DNA from: Candidatus Poribacteria bacterium
GTDB taxonomy: Bacteria; Poribacteria; WGA-4E; PCPOR2b
Assembly (NCBI GenBank): GCA_965218095.1
Contig: OZ244587.1
Span: 6,240,001 to 6,304,000, forward strand
Length of the DNA stretch: 64,000 nt
Reading direction: 5' to 3'
The notes under the pieces are model-generated. The model saw only the letters and a list, made by a program, of their open reading frames with translations. It made no database searches and was not told the origin of the DNA. Of this stretch, positions 22,084-31,027 are shown piece after piece. Positions within the stretch are counted from its first letter, which is position 1. Each line of letters starts with the position of its first letter. The translations under genes were made by a program, and so were the position numbers.

Positions 22084-23823
22084 CTAAAACAGTCCGACAA
22101 CCCTGCCGGTTTCGTCCAGATCCACCCTTGTCAACGCCGGTACTGACGGCAATCCCGGCATTGTCCGCATCTCGCCGCACAACGGGTAGAGGAATCCGGC
22201 TCCTACCGATGGCCGGATATCCCGAATGGGTAGCATGTAACCCTTCGGCACCCCTTTCCAATTCGGTTCGTGCGACAGGGACAGATGTGTCTTGGCCATG
22301 TTGATGGGCAGCTTGTCGTAGCCCAGATCCATATAGAGTTTAATTTCTTTTTCTGCCTCTGGCAGGTACTCCACACCATCCGCCCCATAAATCTGCGTGG
22401 CAATAATCTCGATCTTCTCCTTAATCGATGCTTCCAGCGGGTAGAGGAACTCGAAGTTCGGCGGTTTTTCACACGCCGCCACCACTGCCTCTGCCAGTTC
22501 TTGGCCCCCCTCGCCGCCCTTGGCCCATACGTCACTCACAAAAGCGCCTTCCGCACCGGCCTCAACCGCAGCCTGCTTTACCATCTCTATTTCTGCATCA
22601 GTATCGGTCGCAAACCGGTTCAGAGCCACTATCACAGGCACCCCGAACCGCTGGGTAATCTGGATCATCGCCTCCAGGTTCGCCAGCCCCTTTGCCACAA
22701 GCCTCAAATTCTCCCTGCGATAGACCTGTCTCAATGCCCGTCCAGGCACAACCCGAGGTCCGCCACCGTGCATCTTCAAGGCGCGTATAGAAACCACCAT
22801 AACCGCACAGTTGGGAGTGAGCCCCGAGTAGCGGCACTTGATGTCACAAAACTTCTCAAAGCCACAATCGGCTCCAAACCCACTTTCTGTGACTAAGTAA
22901 CCGTCGGGGACCAGCTTCAATCCGATCCGATCCGCGATGATAGAGCTGTTACCGTGGGCAATATTGGCAAAGGGGCCTGTGTGTACAAACACCGGCGTGT
23001 GCGCCAACGTTTGCATTAGATTGGGCATAATCGCGTCCTTCATCAACACAGCCATCGCTCCACCGGCTCCCAGGTCGTCCGCTGTCACCGGCTGGTTAGT
23101 CCTGCTAGTTGCCACCATAATACCCTTCAGACGCCTCCTCAAATCGGCCAGATCAGTAGCCAGTGCCAGTATTGCCATCACCTCCGAAGCCGGGGTGATG
23201 TCGAAACCGGTCTCGCGTGGCCGGCCGTGCTCCTCAGTCCCCAGGCCGATGACGATGTGCCGCAGGGCCCGGTCGTTCACATCCACCACCCGCTTCCAGA
23301 TGACGCTATAAGGGTCAATGGCGAGGCGCCGGAGTTCCAGCTTCTCCAGCCGTTCATCGCTCAACCGATCCTCGTGCATAATCCGGGCGTCAATGACTGC
23401 GGACAGCAGATTGTGCGCCGCCCCCACCGCGTGGATGTCGCCAGTTAAATGCAGGTTGAAATCCTCCATCGGTACTACCTGTGCATGCCCGCCTCCCGCG
23501 GCGCCGCCTTTGATACCGAAGGTGGGGCCCAGTGAGGGCTGCCGGATACACGTGAACGCCCGCTTACCAATCGTCTTTAGCGCTTGACTAAGGCCGATGG
23601 TTGTAACGGTCTTGCCTTCCCCAAGCGGCGTCGGCGTGATGCCCGTAACCACGACGTATTTTCCGTTCGATCGGTCTTTAAACCGATCTAATACATCTAA
23701 GTGGACTTTGGCTTTATATTTGCCGTAGACATCAAGATCATCATCTTCCAACCCCAACTTCCTGGCAATCTCAACAATCGGCTTTATCGCTGCGGATTGG
23801 GCGATTTCTAGATCGTTCAGCAT
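22084..23823 (-). CDS. fhs: Formate-tetrahydrofolate ligase
   Basis: TPTPLGEGKT, GIKGGAAGGG, GPFANIAHG, TESGFGAD, AKTHLSLSH, TMPGLP. Confidence 0.97.
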   Translation of the reverse strand: MLNDLEIAQSAAIKPIVEIARKLGLEDDDLDVYGKYKAKVHLDVLDRFKDRSNGKYVVVTGITPTPLGEGKTVTTIGLSQALKTIGKRAFTCIRQPSLGPTFGIKGGAAGGGHAQVVPMEDFNLHLTGDIHAVGAAHNLLSAVIDARIMHEDRLSDERLEKLELRRLAIDPYSVIWKRVVDVNDRALRHIVIGLGTEEHGRPRETGFDITPASEVMAILALATDLADLRRRLKGIMVATSRTNQPVTADDLGAGGAMAVLMKDAIMPNLMQTLAHTPVFVHTGPFANIAHGNSSIIADRIGLKLVPDGYLVTESGFGADCGFEKFCDIKCRYSGLTPNCAVMVVSIRALKMHGGGPRVVPGRALRQVYRRENLRLVAKGLANLEAMIQITQRFGVPVIVALNRFATDTDAEIEMVKQAAVEAGAEGAFVSDVWAKGGEGGQELAEAVVAACEKPPNFEFLYPLEASIKEKIEIIATQIYGADGVEYLPEAEKEIKLYMDLGYDKLPINMAKTHLSLSHEPNWKGVPKGYMLPIRDIRPSVGAGFLYPLCGEMRTMPGLPSVPALTRVDLDETGRVVGLF

Positions 23824-23909
23824 TGTCTTCCTATCTCCCTCGGTTTAGCTATAGTGCTTGATCCAAATCATTTTTGCGGATTGTAATGCCAATCTCCTTA
23901 GTACTAAAA

Positions 23910-24662
23910 TCATTGAAGTTGGACATGCATCTGGAGATCAACACTACTAGAGAGAATGTGCTCAGTCATCGCCCCCCGTGCTTCCTCGGCATCACCATTT
24001 CGGAGGGCTTGAAGGATTTTTTTATGTTCCTGCAAGGACAATTTCGCTCGCATCTCCGTTTTAGACATTGACGGTTCAGCCAGGCTTCCTTTAATCCACT
24101 CTTGCAGGTAACCCCGTATCATGCTCAGGAGGCTGGAAAGTATCGAATTCTGCGTGGCTTGCGCGATCATCAGGTGAAACTGTAAATCAAATCCCAGGTA
24201 TTTCTCGGGCTGCTCGATTGATGCCTCCATCCCCCGAAGCGTTTCTTCAATCTCCTGTAAGTTTTCCGCTGTGGCTCTTTGTGCAGCCAAAAAAGCAGTC
24301 TGGGATTCCAGCATGAGGCGGGTTTCGATTAGATCCTGAACCTTTTTACGGTCAAGCAGCAAGCCCCATTGCAGCGTTTTCTCCAGGTACTTCCTGTTAT
24401 TATTGGAGACAAAGGTGCCTTCCCCAACACGCCCGTCCAGAATTCCCATGACAGCAAGAGAGCGTAGCGCCTCCCTCAAGGAACTACGCCCCACTCCAAA
24501 TTGCTTACACAGCTCTCTTTCGGGAGGGAGTCGTTCACCGGGCTTAAGCACATCTCGGGAAATGAGATTAATAATCTGTGCTACAATCTCGTCGCTCACG
24601 GAGGTACGAGTAACAGGCTTCATCTCCTCCATCGCTAGGTTTTCTTGTCTTTGAACTTTCAT
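23910..24662 (-). CDS. FadR/GntR transcriptional regulator
   Basis: PGERLPPERELCKQFGVGRSSLREAL HTH plus FCD domain. Confidence 0.93.
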   Translation of the reverse strand: MKVQRQENLAMEEMKPVTRTSVSDEIVAQIINLISRDVLKPGERLPPERELCKQFGVGRSSLREALRSLAVMGILDGRVGEGTFVSNNNRKYLEKTLQWGLLLDRKKVQDLIETRLMLESQTAFLAAQRATAENLQEIEETLRGMEASIEQPEKYLGFDLQFHLMIAQATQNSILSSLLSMIRGYLQEWIKGSLAEPSMSKTEMRAKLSLQEHKKILQALRNGDAEEARGAMTEHILSSSVDLQMHVQLQ

Positions 24663-24732
24663 AGCTTATGCAAAGTTACCTCTCATCATCTACGGCACAC
24701 CGAAAATTATTCCTCCAAAATGAAAATTTCGC

Positions 24733-24818
24733 TTTACAATTCTCCAGTTTTGGGTTAAACTTATTCCTTAAAGGTCAGACCATCAGTTAATTATGCTTCT
24801 AAATTTCTCTGCTGTCAA
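24733..24818. promoter_or_regulatory. Face-to-face sigma70 promoters sharing one FadR-type operator
   Basis: Plus strand TTTACA-17-TAAACT (24733-24761); minus strand TTGACA-17-CATAAT (24818-24790); GGTCAGACCA (GT-N3-AC type) between them at 24773-24782. Confidence 0.65.
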
Positions 24819-24897
24819 GCAAAATCACAAAAAGGATCAAGAATCGTAAACCAGGTGTCACGAACCTGCTCGGTTCTTTCCGAACGAGGAGATAGCC

Positions 24898-25533
24898 ATG
24901 GGTCAAACAGTCAATATTGGAAGGCGAATTGAATTGGTCCCGATGGACCCTCATTTCCACGACATCACGATTGCCCTATACCAACAGGAGCGCAGGGAAG
25001 AACCAGCGTTTTTGATACACACCTACAGTCGCATGGACGGGGGCCAACACCGTATTAAGTTTGCTGTCAAGGGGATGGAGACTTTGGGAAACATGGCAGT
25101 GGCTCCGGATGGGCTGCTCCGGTTTCCCTGTGGGTCAGCGCATGAATTGGCTTGCAGGCGGGCTTTTCTCGAAGCATGCAAGCTCGATTTAAACGACGCA
25201 GTCGAACCACGTCCCTTGAATATCCTAGACAAAAAATCGGGGCTAACCATCACGGTCCTCAGTCTGGAGGACGGGGTTTACCAGGTGACGGTTGATGGCG
25301 AGGGGAAACGCGCGGAAAGGCGCATCTCGGCAATTGCCGGCGGTTTAATCAAACTGGGAGAGATGGTGGAGGTAGACCAAAGCCTTGATAAGGTTGCTTT
25401 TCCTTGCGGTCACTCCCACGATGCGCTGGTCGGTTTGCTGCTGGTTCGTGCCCCGAATGTGCGGACTATAATGCGGGAGCAGGAGATGGTGGCTTCACGG
25501 GGCACCCTCTCGGCTCCGAGCCAACAGAAATAA
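24898..25533 (+). CDS. Hypothetical protein with a duplicated FPCGxxH motif
   Basis: GAGGAG RBS; FPCGSAH and FPCGHSH; first gene of the methyltransferase operon. Confidence 0.8.
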   Translation: MGQTVNIGRRIELVPMDPHFHDITIALYQQERREEPAFLIHTYSRMDGGQHRIKFAVKGMETLGNMAVAPDGLLRFPCGSAHELACRRAFLEACKLDLNDAVEPRPLNILDKKSGLTITVLSLEDGVYQVTVDGEGKRAERRISAIAGGLIKLGEMVEVDQSLDKVAFPCGHSHDALVGLLLVRAPNVRTIMREQEMVASRGTLSAPSQQK

Positions 25534-25599
25534 TCTAGCCTTGTTCCAACCTTGAAAAGGTTTGAAATCTTTTCAAGGATAGCTGATGAGGAGAAAAAT

Positions 25600-26649
25600 A
25601 TGGAAACTCAAACAATTAGTCCGATGACCAGTCGTGAACGCGTTCTTGCAGCGCTACGCAGAGAGCCGGTGGATCGAACACCGGTTTGCAATCCGACGTC
25701 TGTCGCCACAGTGGAGTTGATGGATCTCGTAGACGCACCATTTCCGGATGCCAACCGTCAGCCCGAGTTAATGGCACGTTTAGCTGCCACTGGGCATACC
25801 GAGTTAGGCTTTGATACCATTATGCCGGTCTTCACGATTATCCAGGAGTCATCCGCCCTCGGCTGCAAAATTCAGTGGGAGCAGAAGGACAATTGGCCCA
25901 CGGTGAGAATGCGTGAGCCGATCTGGGAGGATGTCGATGACATCAAGATCCCCTCGGACCTTTTAACCCACCAGGATACCAGGTGTGTCCTCGACGCAAT
26001 TAAAATCCTCAAAAAGGAATACGGCGATGAGGTCGCTGTCATTGGAAAGACCATGGGGCCGTGGTCTCTGGGATACCACTGCTTCGGGGTGGAACCCTTC
26101 CTGCTCCTGTCTCTGGACGATCCGGAAAAGACAAAACTCGCGCTGGATAGGATGAAGGAAGCGACCGTGCAGTTTGGCGTGGCGCAGATTGAAGCGGGAG
26201 CAGACGCCCTGACCTTACCCGACCACGCTACCGGCGACCTGGTCAGCGGCGACTACTATCGTCGGTATCTACGCGACCTGCACATCGAGTTTGTCGAGCG
26301 GATTCCTATCCCGCTGATTCTTCATATTTGTGGACGGACGGTGGACCGGATGGAGTACATCGCTCAAACGGGGATGGCTGCCTTCCATTACGATTCTAAG
26401 AACGAGCCCGGCGAGTCCATGGAAATGATAAGGGATCGAATCTCTCTGGTGGGGAACATTAATAATCCGGAGACGCTGTTCTCGAAAGGGCCTGAAGATG
26501 TTCGGCAGGAGGTTTACAAGAATCTAGAGTCCAGTGTACAACTTGTCGGACCGGAGTGTGCCATCCCGCTACAGACAGCTATTGAAAATCTTAAAGAAAT
26601 CCCCAAGGCGGTGCGTGATTGGCATAGGGAACATGCGGGGTTGAACTAA
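25600..26649 (+). CDS. MtaA/CmuA-family (URO-D fold) Zn methyltransferase
   Basis: MTSRERVLAAL, DRTPV, ILHICG (HxC), VGNINN, GPECAIP (third Zn ligand). Confidence 0.88.
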   Translation: METQTISPMTSRERVLAALRREPVDRTPVCNPTSVATVELMDLVDAPFPDANRQPELMARLAATGHTELGFDTIMPVFTIIQESSALGCKIQWEQKDNWPTVRMREPIWEDVDDIKIPSDLLTHQDTRCVLDAIKILKKEYGDEVAVIGKTMGPWSLGYHCFGVEPFLLLSLDDPEKTKLALDRMKEATVQFGVAQIEAGADALTLPDHATGDLVSGDYYRRYLRDLHIEFVERIPIPLILHICGRTVDRMEYIAQTGMAAFHYDSKNEPGESMEMIRDRISLVGNINNPETLFSKGPEDVRQEVYKNLESSVQLVGPECAIPLQTAIENLKEIPKAVRDWHREHAGLN

Positions 26650-26764
26650 GTGAGGAGTGGTCATAATTGCAGCAGATTTTGACGCCTCACTTGCAGCCAA
26701 GCCCAAACGGGGAGGTTACGAGGCCTACAGCTCTGAAGTTGTAAACAGGTTAAAGAGAGGAATA

Positions 26765-27526
26765 ATGGCAGAAATTACCGACATTGCAAACGAATTTATC
26801 ATAGATGAGATTGAGGAGTTTATTGAGCGTCCCGATGAACGGGAGCGTACCATTAACACCTTCGTCCAAGCCACCCCTGAGATGCAGGCGATTGCCGCGG
26901 CGCTGATTGACGGAGACAACGACGCCGTTGACGAATTGACCAAAGCGGCGTTGGAGGCGGGCACCGAAGCACTGGAAATCATGGACGACGGCCTCATCGC
27001 AGGGATGGGGATTGTGGGGATCAAGTTTCGAGAGAACTTCATTTTCGTCCCGGAGGTCCTCGCCTGCGCGCGGGCAATGAAAGCCGGCATGGCTTATATT
27101 GGACCAATTCTGTCTGCATCGGGAATCGATCCCGTCGGAACAGTGATCATGGGTACCGTGAAAGGCGACCTGCACGATATTGGCAAGAACCTGTGCATCA
27201 TGATGCTACGTGGCGCGGGATTCGTCGTGCATGACTTGGGCGTGGACACGTCGGATGACGAGTTCATTGACGCGGTCGAGGAGTATGAGGCACCCATACT
27301 GGGGATGTCGGCGTTGCTGACCACCACCATGCCTAACATGGGTAAGACGATTGAAGCTTTTATCGACGCCGATCTCCGTGAGGAGGTCAAAATTATGGTG
27401 GGTGGTGCGCCAGTGACTCAGGAATTCGCTGATGACATGGGTGCCGACGGGTACGGTAAGGATGCCCTTGAATGCGTGGCGCTGTCAAAGAAATTTCTTG
27501 AAGAAGAGGATGAGGAAGAGTTCTAA
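26765..27526 (+). CDS. Methyltransferase corrinoid protein
   Basis: Cap domain FVPEV, GTVKGDLHDIGKNL (DxHxxG), SALLTTT, VGGAPVT. Confidence 0.95.
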   Translation: MAEITDIANEFIIDEIEEFIERPDERERTINTFVQATPEMQAIAAALIDGDNDAVDELTKAALEAGTEALEIMDDGLIAGMGIVGIKFRENFIFVPEVLACARAMKAGMAYIGPILSASGIDPVGTVIMGTVKGDLHDIGKNLCIMMLRGAGFVVHDLGVDTSDDEFIDAVEEYEAPILGMSALLTTTMPNMGKTIEAFIDADLREEVKIMVGGAPVTQEFADDMGADGYGKDALECVALSKKFLEEEDEEEF

Positions 27527-27546
27527 ATGCCGCGAGGTGGGTCAAC

Positions 27547-29445
27547 ATGCAGAAAATTGACAAAGACGAGTATCAGAAACGTCTTGATAAAATCACAGAA
27601 TTGTTCTCAGGCATGATGACTCATGCTGACGAGCAATCTACCTATCGCTGCCCTTACAAAAACCGCTTCGATCAATGCACCGCTAAGTTTGGGTGTCGAA
27701 ACCAGCGGAAACCACCCGTCAAGGGAGATTTACTCTTGTGCGGTGGGGACGATAAAATCGACTATCGTAGTGCGTGGGAAACTGAAGCTGCCGAAGGGGC
27801 TTTCATCGAAAGCGAAATGAACTACGGTAACGGAATAATTACGAATGACGGCAAAAAGCGTCAGCTATCAGCCGGGAAGACCATTTTCGATTACGCAGAT
27901 GAATTGACGGTTCAGGTGCCAACCTCCTGTTTTCGCACCGGGCAGTGCCACGAGTGTATCGTTGAGATCAAACAAGGGATGGAGGCGTTAGGTCCTCGGA
28001 ACGAGGCGGAATCGTTCTTGCGGGATAACTATCGCCTCGCCTGCCAAGCGGTTGTTGAAAATGCCGATATTGACGTGCAGTTCTCGCCCCTAAGACGCAC
28101 GCCCAAGATCCTCACCCTCACGCAGGAGAAATCTGTTGAACTGGATGCGATGGTCACCCGCCGGGGCGACACGGTTTATTATGACGAGGAAGCGATTGAC
28201 AAATATCGGGGTCACGCTTATGGACTTGCCATCGATTTGGGTACCACGACTGTCGTGATGGATCTGGTGGACCTGGAGACCGGCAAAAGCGTCCACGTCA
28301 GTTCCTTTGAGAACCCTCAACGCTTCGGCGGCAGTGATATAATGCACCGCATCTCGTATGACGGGGAGTTCGGCGGGGAGTTGCGGAAGGCGGTCATCGA
28401 CGCGCTGAACCACGAGATCATGGAGATGGGCAAACAGCTTGGATTTGTCCGTCAGGAGATTTATGAGATTGTCGTGGCGGGCAACTCGACGATGCGCGAC
28501 ATCTTCTTCAAGCTAGACGTGCAGAGCATCGGTCAAAAACCGTACAAGTCGGTGATTGAACACGCGTATTTAGCGGGCGAGCGTGAGACCACCTCGCTCC
28601 TTGAGAAAACGCGGCGTCTGGGGCTGCGAGCGAATCCGAAAGCGTGGGTCTATGGCCTGCCGTTGATTGCAAGTCACGTTGGCGCAGATGTCGCCGCCGA
28701 TTTGGCGGCAATTGACATGGCTTCGCAAAACAAGGTGGTCATGCTGGTGGATGTGGGAACGAACACCGAAGTAGTCGTGGGACACGCCGGACGGCTGATA
28801 GCGGCGTCCTGTCCGGCGGGTCCCGCTTTTGAAGGAGGGGGGATTAAGTACGGCATGCCGGGCTACGAAGGCGCTATCGAGTCGATTCGATGGAACAACG
28901 GTCATATCGAATATAGCACGATTGGCGACGTCGAGCCGCAAGGCATCTGCGGTTCCGGCTTAATTGATCTATTGGCCGAGCTCTGCCGGCACGACCAGAT
29001 GACGCCGATGGGCGTTTTCGCTGAAAGAAAACAACGCGAAATGACGATTATTCCCGAATACGGCATCACCTTCTCCCGCGAAGACGCCAGTAACCTAGCG
29101 CAAGCCAAGGCAGCCAATTACTGCGGACAATACATCGTCATGCGCCAGTTTGGTATCAATCCCGACGACGTGACGACACTCTATTTAGCGGGCGGCTTTG
29201 CCAATTACGTGGATGTTCGCAACGCCATTGACATCGGGTTTCTGGCGCCTGTGGCGGAAAGGCGCATTGTCAAAATTGGCAATGCAGCGGTACAAGGGGC
29301 GAGGGAAGTCCTCCTTTCACGGAAAAAGCGCGAGGGAATTGAGCGTTTGGTCAAAGGGATTGAACATGTGGAATTGGAGACCACGCTCGACTTCTTCGAG
29401 GTGTTCGTGGAGGGGTGTCAGTTTAAGCCGATGCCGCAGACGTAA
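27547..29445 (+). CDS. Corrinoid reductive activator (RACE/RACo, COG3894, ASKHA)
   Basis: [2Fe-2S] SCFRTGQCHEC...RLAC, AIDLGTTT, NPQRFGGSDI, DVGTNTE, AGPAFEG, GICGSG, LAGGF. Confidence 0.92.
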   Translation: MQKIDKDEYQKRLDKITELFSGMMTHADEQSTYRCPYKNRFDQCTAKFGCRNQRKPPVKGDLLLCGGDDKIDYRSAWETEAAEGAFIESEMNYGNGIITNDGKKRQLSAGKTIFDYADELTVQVPTSCFRTGQCHECIVEIKQGMEALGPRNEAESFLRDNYRLACQAVVENADIDVQFSPLRRTPKILTLTQEKSVELDAMVTRRGDTVYYDEEAIDKYRGHAYGLAIDLGTTTVVMDLVDLETGKSVHVSSFENPQRFGGSDIMHRISYDGEFGGELRKAVIDALNHEIMEMGKQLGFVRQEIYEIVVAGNSTMRDIFFKLDVQSIGQKPYKSVIEHAYLAGERETTSLLEKTRRLGLRANPKAWVYGLPLIASHVGADVAADLAAIDMASQNKVVMLVDVGTNTEVVVGHAGRLIAASCPAGPAFEGGGIKYGMPGYEGAIESIRWNNGHIEYSTIGDVEPQGICGSGLIDLLAELCRHDQMTPMGVFAERKQREMTIIPEYGITFSREDASNLAQAKAANYCGQYIVMRQFGINPDDVTTLYLAGGFANYVDVRNAIDIGFLAPVAERRIVKIGNAAVQGAREVLLSRKKREGIERLVKGIEHVELETTLDFFEVFVEGCQFKPMPQT

Positions 29446-29504
29446 AACGTAATTCAGCGCGTCATCTTTACGTTTTGTGTTTTCAAGAGCGGAGCGAAAG
29501 TCAA

Positions 29505-30153
29505 ATGGCATACAGCGACTTCAAAAGTGTCGAACAGGTTATTCAAACATATCCCCTGCAAATTCGTCCGGAAAGATTTTTGCCTGACCTGCAACTTGAA
29601 CTTCCTGGCTGGTTTATTGAGAACTTAGATTTCTTGTTGGACCGGCACGCGATTCAGGAAAGTGAAACGTTTTTACGGAAGAGTTTTATTTTTCCGTTTT
29701 TGCAACAGGCGTGGAAACGTCATGGAACGCTGAAATTATGGTCCCATCGTGCTTTGAATGTTGACAACAAGTTGTATGGAGGACCTGACTACTTTGTGGC
29801 GGCGTGGGTTGACGGCGTGATTGATAAACTGGTGAATCGTTCGTTTCTGGCAGTGAGTGGTGGAGGCGAAAAAGCAGGATTTTGAAGGAGGTTAGGCACA
29901 GTGCTTGGCCGAACTGATAGCGTGCCAAAAACCGAATCAGGATGAAAAGGTTACTGTGTATGGAATTGTGTCAACAGGGCTCATCTGGGAGTTTGGCAAG
30001 TTGGAGACAAATATTTTCGCGAAATATCCGCTGGCCTACTCAATAACCGACCCTGCCAAGGTATTTGGAATCCTTGACTTTATTTTTATGGCATGTGAAA
30101 AGCAACTTAGCGGCATCCATAATTCTGAACAGGAAAAGAGGTCACCATGCTAA
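29505..30153 (+). pseudogene. PD-(D/E)xK-like hypothetical protein (MAYSxF family), disrupted
   Basis: MAYSDFK...DYFV / EAKKQDFEGG*AQCLAELIACQ...YGIVSTGLIWEF; same family as 46690-47300. Confidence 0.7.
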
Positions 30154-30943
30154 CAACTGAACAGAAACAATACTATGAAACCTTTGGGTTCCTCGTCCTG
30201 CGACAGTTGTTTACGCCGGACAAGGTCGACAATATCCGCCGTAACTCCGAGGAAGTATTGCGCGAAAATCGACAGGGCAAGCCCTTCCCCGGCGAAAAGC
30301 GTCAGGCGATGATTCCCTTCTTCGAGTTGAGTCCCCGACTCCAATGGCTCATCGAAGACGACCGAATCTACGCGCTGGACGAAGACCTCCTCGGACCTGA
30401 TTTTATCTTGAACGCCACCGAGGGCAACCTCCATGTCGGTGATACCCGGTGGCATAGCGGCGGTCCAGAAGTCGAACCGGTGCCGCATATCAAAATCGCA
30501 CTCTATCTTGAGCCAAACACAAAAGAGACGGGTGCCCTGCGTCTCATTCCGGGGTCTCATCAGCCAGAATTTAGAAAACTGCTACAGCTGTTAATCGCCC
30601 AGCAGGATGATCTGACCGTGATGCCCTTCGCGGTTGCCGGCGCAGACACTCCCAGCGTTGCCATCGAATCACAACCCGGTGATGTCGTCATTTTTCCAGA
30701 GCCCCTATGGCATGCGGCATTTGGTGGGCCACCGGGACGCTCTCAGCACGCCATCAGTTTTATGGCAAATCCGGTGACCGACGAAGAGGTTGCTTACGTC
30801 CGAGGGCTATACGAAGGCTGAAACTATTCACTCCATCCGCCGGAACAGCTTGTCAACAGTGACCGTCCCCGGCTCCGGCGAATGGTCTCAAGGCTGGTGG
30901 AGCTCGGTTTCGGTCCACCGAAGTCGACGCCGCTGTTTGTGTG
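30147..30943 (+). pseudogene. PhyH-family dioxygenase with a late TGA (30819-30821)
   Basis: YETFGFL, LIPGSH, GDVVIF...LWHA; the frame continues after the stop (NYSLHPPEQL...LFV); expected HxD reads WHSG. Confidence 0.65.
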
Positions 30944-31027
30944 AGATTACCAGCCATTGCACCATCATCCAGTAGAGGCGATAAATCAAGATGTGGCTGT
31001 TACGCGAAGCTGCTACTACGAATCAAG

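Noticed and set aside
17096-30821. Genome-wide stop-codon reassignment (UGA or UAG read as Trp), suggested by stops at Trp-like positions (17096, 18339, 30819)
   Set aside because: TGG is used normally, many intact genes end in TGA or TAG, and one affected gene also has a frameshift; G>A nonsense mutations explain the pattern
30819-30821. Selenocysteine at the PhyH TGA
   Set aside because: Not a Cys or redox motif position; the context fits Trp and no convincing SECIS was seen
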